Source: Geosiphon pyriformis uo1
Taxonomy: Eukaryota > Fungi > Glomeromycota
Assembly: GCA_016748015.1 (NCBI GenBank)
Contig: JAAOMT010000258.1
Location: 436,173-500,172 of the forward strand
Direction of reading: 5' to 3'
DNA length: 64,000 bases
Within the stretch, counting starts at the first letter, position 1. Each line of letters opens with the position of its first letter. A model generated the notes under the pieces. It saw nothing but the letters and a program-made list of their open reading frames with translations, had not been told where the DNA came from and made no database searches. The position numbers and the translations under genes were made by a program. Shown here one piece after another: positions 44,043 through 56,099 of this stretch.

Positions 44043-44788
44043 ATGGCGGACAAAAAAACAATGATTGCTAGACGTCACACAATCCCGGGATCAAGAGTTG
44101 CCGAAATAATCCAAAAACTTGAGACAAAAGGATTTTTAGAGTCAAAAAAACAAGACCATCCTGAAGATGACACATTTTTAATAAATAATCAAGATTTTAA
44201 AGACGGTCTTTTGACTTCAGGGCAGAATGGTGGTGGTGATGGTGGTAGTGGCGATGTAGTGAGCTTAAAAAAAGAAAATTTGAACTCGATTTCCGATTCT
44301 AAGCCACCTTTCATCGAGTCTGAACAAATTTTTATCACATCATTGGCAAGTGATTTGAGGTTATATATTGAAGAGCCGTATATTGACAAAAAATTGGAAT
44401 ATGATGAGAAAAATTTTTCAAGAGGTTTCAAAGATGATAATGAACGGGACTTGGGAAGTGAGTACATGAAAAAATAATTCGATTCACAATTTAAAAGAGT
44501 TGATTTATTCGTTATATTTTGAAAAGATGCAAATTTTATATTAATTTTGAACCCTTTTCAAAAGTGTTGGTTCACAATGATGGTTTAAAATTTGACGAGA
44601 ATTTTTTTAGGGCAGAAAATTTATCGGTCAATAATGAATTGGAAGGAAATGGAAATGGAAATGGAAATGAAAATGGAAATGAAAATGAAAATGAAATTGA
44701 AATTGAATGGATTGATGTTTCAACATCTGCTGATATAACAACCAATGATATTGACGAAGAGTGGTACGAAATTGATGAGGTTTCTTAG
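44043..44788 (+). CDS. Hypothetical acidic/disordered protein, 2 exons (44043-44457, 44565-44788)
   Basis: An A|GTGAGT donor at 44458 and an AAAG acceptor at 44564 join the two ORFs in frame. The C-terminus carries EWIDV and DEEWYEI. Confidence 0.8.
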
Positions 44789-47352
44789 GAATGAATTTGA
44801 CATCATACGGATACGTTTGATTTGGCGGTGGAATATATATTTCAGAAATCTCGAAATAAATAATGAAACTTGGTTTACAATAAAAAACTTTGTGAAAAAA
44901 ATTAATTTTTCGAAACGAAAGGCTGATGAATATTTTTCTTAAAGATTTTGGCATTGAAGAAAAAGGTCGTTGTTAGGAAACTTATTACTGTCTAAGATGA
45001 TTTCTAGATAGTTTAAATAATTCTTTTGACACAGGGTTAATTCATTTAAAATCCAAATTATTAATTAAAACACTTGAAAACATATAATATACAGTAAAAA
45101 GATTTCAATTAAACTTTTCATAATGTTTTAATTTTTTGAAAACAATTTAAACATTAAAAAATCGAAAAAATTTTTTAAACTTTTAAAAATTAGCAACAAA
45201 TCTTTATGTCATAAAATTTATGGGCAATTTATTTGGTTTAATAATGTTAGAAATTTCAAAAAGGAAAAAAAAAAATGCAATCATAAATTCGAACAAACAA
45301 GAAGAATCTAGCCTATTTACCTATATAATAATCTATATCTAATGCAATTATAAAAAATATTTTTTCAATTTAAATATATATATATATATATATATATTTT
45401 TTTTACATGAAATATAAAACCCTATAATTTAATTTTATAAAAAAAAAGTTTTTCCCATTAAATCTAAAAATTTATAAAATTATTAATGTAATAATCTGAG
45501 GATAACTTCAACTCCATAAGTTGTATTCACTAAAACTATTATTTCAAATAAATTTTATGGTCGACAGCATATTAATGTGAAATATATAGTAAATGATAAA
45601 AATGGTATATATAGAAATTTTTTGGCTTTAAAAATTTAAAAATAAGAAATGGACACATAAAAAATTTTCAATGAATTTAGAAAAAGTCATTGAGAAACGG
45701 AGATTTTCAACATAACAGCTGTAAATTACATCATAAACTCTCTTAATGAGAATTTTTTTGATGGGAAAAGAAAAAGACTTGGATGGGGGGCTGATTTGGT
45801 TTGAAAAAATTGGTCTCGAAAAAATTTTGAGGAGCCGTTTTTCATCGTGAAAAAATGAGGTAGAGTTTTCCCAAGACAGAGTTGTCAGGTTTTTAGATAA
45901 TAATAATATTTTGAATCATTATCTTGGATCATTATATGAAATGATATCAAGTGAATTAATCAGTCGGATTTTTAACGAACCAATACCAAAAATGAGGTAA
46001 TCATGAATTTATTTATAAGAAAAGAAATGAAATGAAATGAAATGAAAAGAAAAGAAAAGAGTAAAAGGAATGTAGTGGATTTTTTGATTGTTTAAATTGA
46101 TAAAATCAATTTGATGATCCCATTTTTAGTCGTCTTATATATACAAACTTTAGGAGAAAAAATAAAGTTTACAACTGTGATTTCTTGTAATTTAAATCCC
46201 TTTTTTGTTTTTTACTTATTTACCCTCCTGATTGTTTTTGATTTCATCATTCCGCATGATTATTTAGCTAACGATTGAGAAAGGTGCCTTGTTTCACGAC
46301 TAAATTGAAATTTATCTAGGTAATTTCAAAATTAACTAGCCCGTAAAAAAGAACAATTTCAAACTAAAAGGATAAAAGTTTTATATATACATCTTTCCAA
46401 GTTTAGGCTTTAATTGAAATAATGCATGCATGCATGCAACCTCAGTCCAAAGATTAAAAATTAAAAAAAGCTTGGGGTTTGCCAGACTCATCAAATTAAA
46501 CATTCTTTTTTTGGCCCTTAACGAGTTTTTTATGGTGAAATCACAAATGGACGAGTAAATTTGTGAAATTCTTTAATAAGAAGGTTTTTTTGTTTTTTTT
46601 AATAAAGTAATACAAGTTAAGCTTTTTCATTTATAATTGTTCAAAAGGATCTAAATTTGATTGATTTTTAATTGTTTTACAATAATTACAATTTCAAATT
46701 AGGGAAATTTCAGAGAAGTTTTTGTGAACTCAGCGATAGATACTGTTGCATGTTATGATGAACCCTGCAAGTAACTCAGCTGATGAATCTATTGAATTTA
46801 ATATTACATCATTTTAAGATACAATATTAACACAAAAAAACATGAAAATTGAAAAATTATTCATTTTTAACAAAAAAAACATATTTGAATTTAAGTACTT
46901 TATTTGCTTTTGAAAAATAAATAAATTAACCCACTAATTTAGTTGAATTCTTTTTTTTAAGACAATTAGTGAATTAAATATTAATATTATGTTTAACAAG
47001 AAAATTTTGTCAATTAAATCAAACTTCCAAAGTCCATTAAATGTATTTAAAATCCTTTAAATTTGGTAATGTGGTTTTTTTCGTGTATAGGGGTAATTTG
47101 GATCTAAATAAACCAATAAATATGTTATACAGTTACAGAATAGTTTAAATTTAAATTTTGAACTCATAAATAACCATTTCAAAAAAATTCTTATACATTT
47201 CAACGTGACAAGAAAAGGAAATTGCTTCAATCAAAGTGACATTAACTCGGCTTAAAGATTTCCCTTTTAAATATTTTCATGTATTTATTATTTTCTCCCT
47301 GTGTAGTAGTTGTTTTCGCAATAAAAAATAAGATTTCAATTTTCCCGATGTA

Positions 47353-47403
<51 letters not shown>

Positions 47404-48629
47404 GGAAATTTGAACACAAAAAATACTATCTGTATATATTCAAATTATTTTTATTTGAGAATCGTACACGGGTATTACTTAATTGTCTAAATTTATTAAT
47501 ATTAGTCCTCATATCAATTACTTAAATAAATCGTAATTTTCTCTGAACAAAATACCTTCGGATTATATTTTAAAAAATTAAAGATTTAACTCGAAAAATG
47601 GTTTCATATATATATGCCCTTATATGAAGGGTATTCAACTAGAGAAAGTTGCTACATGAACATATCTTTTATAATATAAATACTTAAAAATTAAGATACC
47701 GAAAGCTTTTAATAATAAAACTAATTACAATTTATTTCGTTATAAATGACACTTTATTCAATCATTTCAAGCTGTAAAATATTTATATCTAACGGGAGGC
47801 AATATTTTTGGAAAAGTTTGTTACATCTTTTGGGTGTGACAAAAAAATGTGCTTGAGGTTTTTTAACACCCTGAAGGTATTGGAAAATTTTAGAAAGTAA
47901 TGGAAAAAAAAAATTTTGAAGATAATTTTTAAATGGTACCAATCTAATTGAAAATAATAAATACTCGTTTTTAAAAACCATATTTGATTAATCATCACAG
48001 TCTCAGAACTTGAATATAAAAAAATGATTTGTAAGAAAATATGCAAATAATAGAAAATATTATTGAAATTAATTTTTATACTTAACTCATAATCCACCCA
48101 AAAAAAAAATGGTGTAATAAAAGCTAAGAGGAATATATATAAGACAGTAAATAAGGTTAAACATATATATATTATAAGAATTTTCATAGTCGACATTATT
48201 TTACTAATGGAAAAAACTTGTTTTCAAATTTTTTTTTGTAAAAAAATGGCTTAAAAATTTAAATTTTAAAGTCTTGAATTTCTTCTGTGATTCACCATTA
48301 AAACTTTCAATAGATTTCCAAATGTGACAATTTTTTGAACACACTGCTCTGATAAGAAAATGAATCATTTGTTTAATTCGAGAAAAAATTCAGTTTTAAT
48401 CCCATTAAAGTTAATGGAACAACGAAATACATGAAATATGTGTAACAATTTTTAAAAAAAAAATTTTATTGGTAACGAAAATTAGGTTATGAAAAAACTA
48501 TTTTATTATTTTTTAACACTCTTACAAAAAAAAATTTGGTTAAAAACTTGTTAAAGTCTTATAACCTATTTTTTAAAAAAAAAACATTTTTTGATTTTAA
48601 TCGGGGGGGGGGGGGGGGGTTTTTTTTTT

Positions 48630-48649
48630 NNNNNNNNNNNNNNNNNNNN
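48630..48649. other. Assembly gap (N run) beside G/T homopolymers
   Basis: N characters. Confidence 1.
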
Positions 48650-48974
48650 TTTTTTATTAGTTTGATTTAAATCTTATTATATTTTTCAAGTAAAATGTTA
48701 ATCAAAATAAATTGAAATCTTTGAAAAGTTAATTTTGTTAATTTTATTTTCTTTATGTAAAATCTTAATCACCTACATACATTTTATAATAATTAAATTT
48801 TAAAAGATGACATAATTAAAATTTTATTATAATTTCTAAAATTATTAATATAATCAAACCATATTAAAAAATAAAATGTATTTTTGCATGGTCAAAAAAA
48901 TTAATGGCAATATTTATTAAAACAAATATATTTTACATATATATATACATAAGCCTTAAGTTTTAATAAAATTA

Positions 48975-49240
48975 CTTGTTTATTTTATTTTATTTTATTT
49001 AAATGCTTTAACTAAGTGTGGTCCAATTAATATCTATACATACAAAACATACGCACTTTCTACATGTGACCAGCCACTCGAGCGAGCAAAGACTACACTA
49101 ATCAGCAAAACCTTTGAACAGCACTAAAACCAACCTCGCACAACCGAACTCCAAAATTGAATCCACCCTTCACAATTGATTTATCCAATACAACTTCAGT
49201 AATTCCACCATAACAAGGCGATACCCCAGATGGCCATATA
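48975..49240 (-). mobile_element. Short 5'-truncated LINE 3' end
   Basis: The reverse complement reads tagtgtagtctttgctcgctcgagtggctggtcacatgtagaaagtgcg...attggaccacact followed by (TAAAA)n, matching the tails at ~15372 and ~54382. Confidence 0.8.
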
Positions 49241-49444
49241 CTTGTTAATTAACAGAAAGTTATATATATCAGAATTGAAATCTTTAGCTTTTGTTCATAA
49301 AATTCTTCTTTTACTCGATTATTAGAGAATATATGATTGTATTTATTTGCCGCCCAAAAGAGTTTTCATTGTTTTTTCACTGAAGTTTTAAAAAGTTATT
49401 GAAAAATTCCAAGAAACTTGAAAAGAACCAGATCCTTAAACAAG

Positions 49445-50851
49445 CTAAGAAATACTCCAAGGGGGTGGGACATCGAGACATTTTCCCATAATATATCCAA
49501 AATAAGGGCCATTATGTGATAAAAAGTTTTTGTTTTTAAATTGGGCATTACATTCCTACAGCGTTTAAAAATTGTGATTTGAGTTATTTTTTGCAGCCTC
49601 CAGAATAAAATTAATCATAAACTACCAACCTGGCTTTCTGACTCAACGTAAATATTTTCATGGGATATTATTGGCCCAGTGCACATGAAGGCATCATCTT
49701 CAGAACATTCACAATCAGATCCAATCCAAATTTCTAAGCTAGTGTGCTTGTAAAAACTATGAAACGTATTCAGTGGAAGCTTTGGTACATAATCATCTAT
49801 GTTCGTAATTCGTTCTATAAAAACTTCTTGAAACATGTCCAGCGTGGCAATATATTGTACAAATTCGAAATTGCCTAAATACGGTTGACCAAAAGTATAC
49901 ACTGCCCGAAGTATATTCAGGTGAGTCATTTCTAGCATTTGTAACACTGCATAGACTAAAAGAAATAATAAGCATCATTTCAAGTTTCTTTTTGTTGAGA
50001 ATTTTACTGTTCGATTAAGTTTATATGATAACAAAGATGATATTCAAATAAAAGTTGATAACTTACTACCACCAGAACCATGCCCAACAGCGACAATTTC
50101 GTTGACATTGCGGTTTTCCATTTTCGAAAAAATAAGTTTCTTCATTGCTCCTTTGGTTTTCTTAAAATTTTCGTAAAAAACTTTATCAACTTTAGCTCCA
50201 ACAGCATTTTGATTTGTTGTAATGTAGTTGACAAGTTCATTATTTCGATTTGACCAGTATTGCTCATTACCAACGCTAGAATCTCCTCTCACCATTAGAA
50301 TTAATTTAGAATCCCTTATTTCAACTGCGGCTAAGAGATTATGAATAGTTTAAATATTTGATATCTTTTTCCTCAAATAAATTACATTTTACTTGTTCTT
50401 TATTTCAAAAATTTACCATAAATCCCTGCCCCAACCATATTTTCAACTTTATTGAGACAATAAGATCTCATTGCCCACCATGCATACTCGTCAAAGTGGT
50501 TACGTTTTACATCAGCCTGTAACAATCTTTTTTTTTCACCATCATACAAATTGGATGACCTTTTAATTTTTTTGATTTCATGACTACGAGTGTCATTGTG
50601 AATATGGATATATTTGACGAGTTCTATTTCCTTGATTTTTTTTTCATATAAAGTTAATTTGTTGGATAAAAAGCCTTCCATTAATTTCGTGAAAAAATTA
50701 AAAAAAAAATTAATTTTTCAGGAACTAGAGTTTTAACTTGAAATTATAGTTCAAAGATTTTACCATATGAAATAAATATACCACAAATTAAAAAAAAGAT
50801 GGTAAATAAAGATTTTAAAAATAAAATTCTGTTGCTGCTTTTGATTACCAT
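49445..50851 (-). CDS. Secreted lipase class 3-fold protein (5 exons) with nucleophile Ser replaced by Gly
   Basis: Signal-peptide-like exon 50764-50851 (MVIKSSNRILFLKSLFTIFFLICGIFISY). Motifs VAVGHGSGGIYAVL, VYTFGQPYLGN, RITNIDDYVPKLP, YKHTSLEIWI, SHNGPYFG. Stop TAG at 49445. Confidence 0.88.
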
Positions 50852-51551
50852 TTTCGAAGAGAAGTATAAATACCCAATTTTTATTCCAAAAAGAAATATA
50901 AGTCTTTACCTTTATATTTGAGCTCTATAAGAAAAGTTTTCATAAAGATAAAAGATTAGCTTATGCATTTAATTCAAAACCTTCCCCAGTCAACAAATGT
51001 TTTGTAACAGAAAACCAGCAATACGACTCTCCTCTTATCATTTTTTACCTGCTAAAACTTTAAAAATCACTATACTGAACAATATTCAGGTTTCTTCAAC
51101 CAAATATCTTTAACTTGCAAATCAATCATAATTTGTCATTTTGATCCGTGTTATTTTGATAAATATTTTTATTGATAACATTTAAAATGACTTTAATTTC
51201 AAACTTAGTTGCTTAAATAATGGTCGGAGTACAATGATAAGCCCTCAGTAAATAATACTTTTCTGACCTATAAAAATGTTATCAGAAGTCAGTTTAGAGG
51301 TTTATCTTTACAATGATGAGGCATCAACAAACACATAGTGATCTTGAGCTTTAAATTATTTCAAAAAATTGAATAAATGTCTAGTTTTGATCACAATTTT
51401 TATTAACATCAAGTTATTCTATTACTGAAATGAGAGTCGAAATCATCACTTCAAATAAGCCTGTTATATTACATATAACAACTCAGGATTTTTTTCTTTC
51501 TTATTCCCTCACATCTAGTCTATTTAAGAAAAAGAGCCTCCTTTTTTCTAA

Positions 51552-53565
51552 TTACTTTCTCTTAAGTTTTTTCCCTTTCTTTATTCCGCCTCCAGTTATT
51601 GCATTAATATTTTGTTTATCTTCTTCCCCTTCTTCATGCTCACCTTTATCATGTTGTACACGCCAATCAGTTCCAGCTTTACGTAATTGACCAATGGGAT
51701 ATAATTCCGGAAGAGAGTCAACTTGAACATGAAATTCGAGAAAGTTGAGGATTTGATCAAAATAATTTTACATTTATTAGATCTTTACTATACTCACCTG
51801 ACATGGAACCACATCGGTTAATGTTCACTACCAGAGGATGATCATTAGCAATCTTGAGATACTATTGAAAATTAATATTTTAAAATATCAGTGTTTTGTC
51901 CCTAAAATAATTGATCGAAAAAACTTGTGAAGCCTTGGAAAATTACCTCATGATTTTTGTTTATCTTGAATAGTGTCACAAAATTCGGATGATTCCCAGA
52001 GAATTCTGTGAATGTACTTGAAACCCATAAATTACCGCTAAGATCGTAAACAGCATCAAGAGGATTATGATCTAAGGACAGCGTTGCGTGGTATAAAAAG
52101 TGACGTTCACTTTTGTTCCATGTCAGAATTAATATCCCAGGGAAACTTTGCTTGTATCAAATATAAAATTTTCAAAATTCAAGTTGAAACTAGCATCAAC
52201 CAATTGAAATGAATTGCTTAATTCAACACAAGAATACTCACTTTTCTATAACCAATGCGACATGACGTAATAATGAATTAATGGCCATACCCATTATAGA
52301 GATTTGTCCTTCGGTTTCCTCGTCAGACTTTGATTTTATCATTGATAAGTCTAGGATCAATAAAAAAAACTCTTGCCTTATTAGTAATAAAAATTATGGG
52401 CTCACCTGTAGATAAGTAACGTATTGTTTTATATCCAATGTCTGTAATAATTTCCCAAGTATAAAGTCCCACAATGCAATGAAATCATCACCACCACCCG
52501 ACAATAAAAGATCCGTTGCCCATGGTAATACATGTATTTTTGACAAGAAACTAAAATATAAAAAATAATGGGTCTTGAATGATATCAAAAATATCTATTT
52601 AAAATTTCCAACGAAATTATATGCTCAACTGTGTATGGCCTAAACAGTAAGATTCGATGTTATAGGCGTTTGGAAAATGACTGACGCGTATATGTTCATC
52701 GCGATCAGCGGTAATTAGGTATTTATTGTCGGATGTGATTGTCTAAAGATATGGATAGCGGGAAAACTTGGATGAGAATAAAACATGCATAAAATATGCG
52801 ATATGAAAAAAATCAAATTCTTTCATAAGAGACCATATCTGTCACCATCGAAACATGGCCCATTAATAACTGTGGAGAGTTATCGACATCTATAGAAGGA
52901 TGTAGAGTAAAGCTTTGAAAAAGTTGCAAAATTAGTAACCGATCAATTGGACTTGTATATGAAATAAATTGGCAATCTCGTTTTTAGAAGTGTGACAAGA
53001 AACCTGTACACATCCCCAAATTTGTCTGCTGTAAGAATTTGCGAGCCATCTTTGGTAAACGCGAGAGCGACCACTCGTTTCGGAACTGGCCTTTGAAAAA
53101 GGATCAACATTAGAAATTTTGATTTCTATCTATAAAATTCTTGATAAAATAAACTTGATCTTGGAATATTTATATTGCTGAGAAATGATTTACCTGGAAC
53201 TGTTGAGTTTCCACTCCTCCAGATCCCAAACCTTTAAAACTTTGTCTTCACCTGTTGATGCCATGAGGCTGCCTTCTGGGCTAAAGGCAACGCTACGAAT
53301 AACCCCGCCGTGAGCGGCATTTGAATTGATATATTTTATCTGGGAATTTGTTGGAGCTATATATTCCAAGTTCTCAAACGTGCTGGCTATCAATAAACCA
53401 GTGCTTTGGGTGAAAGGTAAACATTAGTTCGATTTTGCGTGAAATTATTTTTGCAAAAGATACAAACCTAGTGTTAACAGCGTGAAAATAACAACCAAAA
53501 CAAAGGATCAAAAGGTTTTTGGTTGGGTGATGGGCGAGATTGGTAAAGGGGAGGCAAATAGACAT
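51552..53565 (-). CDS. TRM82: tRNA (guanine-N7)-methyltransferase non-catalytic WD40 subunit, about 10 exons
   Basis: Hallmark motifs VPKR...[54 protein letters not shown] across GT-AG exons; the last exon ends KKLKRK*. Confidence 0.93.
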
Positions 53566-53639
53566 ATTTCAGTAAGTTTATTTCTCTAGGTGGAGAGAAA
53601 ATTTTCGATAAAAAAGTTTATTTATAAGATAGTCTATTT

Positions 53640-53711
53640 AGGGGACTACCGGGATTGAACCGGTGACCTATTGATCTGCAGTCAATTGCTCTACCACTGA
53701 GCTAAATCCCC
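53640..53711 (-). tRNA. tRNA-Cys (GCA)
   Basis: GGGGATTTAGCTCAGTGGTAGAGCAATTGACTGCAGATCAATAGGTCACCGGTTCAATCCCGGTAGTCCCCT folds as a cloverleaf with anticodon GCA; T6 terminator at 53610-53615. Confidence 0.97.
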
Positions 53712-53974
53712 GGGGCGATAATATGAAAAGCTTATTTTTAGATTAGAAACGCTAATTTTGACCATTAAATGTCTTAAAAATACCTAAAATCATTATTTTG
53801 ATGTAATATTATTAATAAAAAAATTAGAGATTAATAATTTTAAATAAAAGTTTTATAATTATGTTTAAAAAACTTATTATTAAATAAATAGCATTAATTA
53901 AATTAATAAATTATTTAATAAATATTCTACAAATATATTATATTACAATTTTATAATGTTAAAAAAAATAAATT

Positions 53975-54530
53975 CCTTTGTCTTGAGGACTCTTAATCTC
54001 TACTGGTCAGATGTTGGCTTGTATTCAGTCATGTGTAAAGAATTTGTGCTTAAGGATTGGTGTGCAGAGGCTGTTGGTATTTTTGAGGATGTTAAGTGTG
54101 CTTCTGGTGTGATTGTTGACTTTGTAAGGTATTTGGTTAAGTTATATTGATCTAAGATGTGGTTGGCTAGATCTAAGTTTAGGGTGGACATGGAGAAAAC
54201 AGGTTTGGTTGGTGATGATGGTTTGGTGTTAAGACTGTCGCATTGCATGACTTCTATGCTTTCGGATAAAGTGATCAGATTGTTTGGCATTATGGAGTTT
54301 TTTGCTGTAAGTTTTGGCTGTTGCAGGCTTTGTCCTTTTTTTTCCAGTTTGGATGATAATTTGTGTGTTAGTTTAAGTGTATAGTGTTGCCTTGTCTGGT
54401 TCAAGTGGCTAGCTACATGTAAAAAGTGCATGAATCATGTTTAGTTTGAGCCACTTAGTTTGGTTCTATATACTAGATAGTGGTTGGGCTTCACTCATTA
54501 AATAAATAAATAAAAATAAAATAAAAAAAA
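53975..54530 (+). mobile_element. LINE 3' fragment with conserved tail and A-rich end
   Basis: ORFs 53956 and 54157 are homologous to 14648-15373 (LCKSFVLREW vs MCKEFVLKDW; GLVCDD vs GLVGDD). The tail ends ttgggcttcactcattaaataaataaa. Confidence 0.88.
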
Positions 54531-56099
54531 TAAAAACAAATAAAATTTTTATTATCAAAATAAGATCAAATTATAAAAAATAATAAATAAAAATATTTTT
54601 TTTTATTTTTTTTGTTATTATTAATTTGATTTTATTTATATTAATATAATAAAACAATTGTTTTTATTTATAAATAAATTATTTTTGTTTATTTAAATAA
54701 TAATTTATATAAATAAATACAAATAAATTTATTTTATGTTAAATTAAAATTCAAAAAATTATTAATTTATATTATTTTAAAAGTTTTTTTATTAAAAAAA
54801 CCAAATAATATTTTATAAAAATACTTTTTGTTAATTAATATAAATATTAAGTAGTTTTAGTATAATTGTTTTTAATTACAAATTAATAATTAAATTATTT
54901 TTGGTTATTATTATTTAAATAATTAAAATAATTAAATGAAAAAATTTTTTAAATTGTTAAAAATAATATTCTTAAAGTATTTTTTAAACTAAAATCTGTT
55001 TTTTATTAAAAATAAAATAATGACTTTTTTAATTTTTTTAATATTTATATTAATTTAATAATATAAATATTAATTATAATACTTGATTTATTTTAATTAT
55101 AAACAAATAATTGCTTTTTATTTTAAATAATATATATATTATTATTTTTTATTAAATTTAATATATAGTTCAACTATTATTTAATATAATATATTAAATT
55201 AAATAACTTAAATTAAATACAATTTATATATTTTTATTTATAATAATAACTAATATATTATTATTTTTAATTAAATTACTTAATTATTCAACAATTTTAT
55301 TTATATTAATCTTAATACTATTAGACTAATATTTTTAAAAAATAATTAATTTAGTATAAAAATTAATATTAAATAAATTAATATTACATTTATCTATTTA
55401 TATTATCAAAATTATATTCGGTTTTAATTATTATTATATTTAAGAAAAATTAATTTATAATTTTATTAACAACAAATATTTTATTTTAAACAATAAAAAC
55501 CAAATTTTAATTTTTATATACAAGATAAAAAGAGTATTTAAAAAAATAATAATTAAAATAATCAAAAAACTGATTAGTTTAATAATAAATTTTATCAAAA
55601 CAAACAAATTTGTAATTTAAAAATTCAAAAAATTTAATCTAAACTTAATAACAAAATCAATAGTAAAAGCAGTTAAAAAGACAATAAAAAAAACCAAAAA
55701 AACAGAAATTTTAATATAAAACTTTTTATTAATAAAAGATAACACAAAAAATCTAAAACCAATAACAAATTTAACAAACAGCTTAAAAAAAAATAATAAT
55801 ATTATACAATCAGCTAATAAATAATCTAAACTTTAATATTTATAGCAATAATAATATTTAAATATTTTCTATTAGATATAATATTTGCATAAAGTATTAA
55901 TTTTTACAATAACCAAATTCAAAGATTTATAAAATTTAAATATTATAACAGCAAAATATTAATAACAATAAGAATTAAAAAATAAAAAAATATGGTTATT
56001 AACCTAAAAAATCAAATTACTAATTTTAAAAACTGTATAATTAAAAGAAAAATTAATTAATTTGGTCTTAAAAGTATTTTTTAAAATAATAAAATAATT

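Noticed and set aside
47754-48196. Hydrophobic ORF MSTMKILIIYICLTLF... as a secreted-protein gene
   Set aside because: The F/I/L/Y-rich composition is expected from AT-rich DNA, with no recognisable motif or convincing exon chain; it cannot be fully excluded.
54000-54431. Antisense ORFs over LINEs and genes (54000, 56286, 57771, 44189, 44628, 28263, 28842)
   Set aside because: Shadow frames of better-supported features on the opposite strand.
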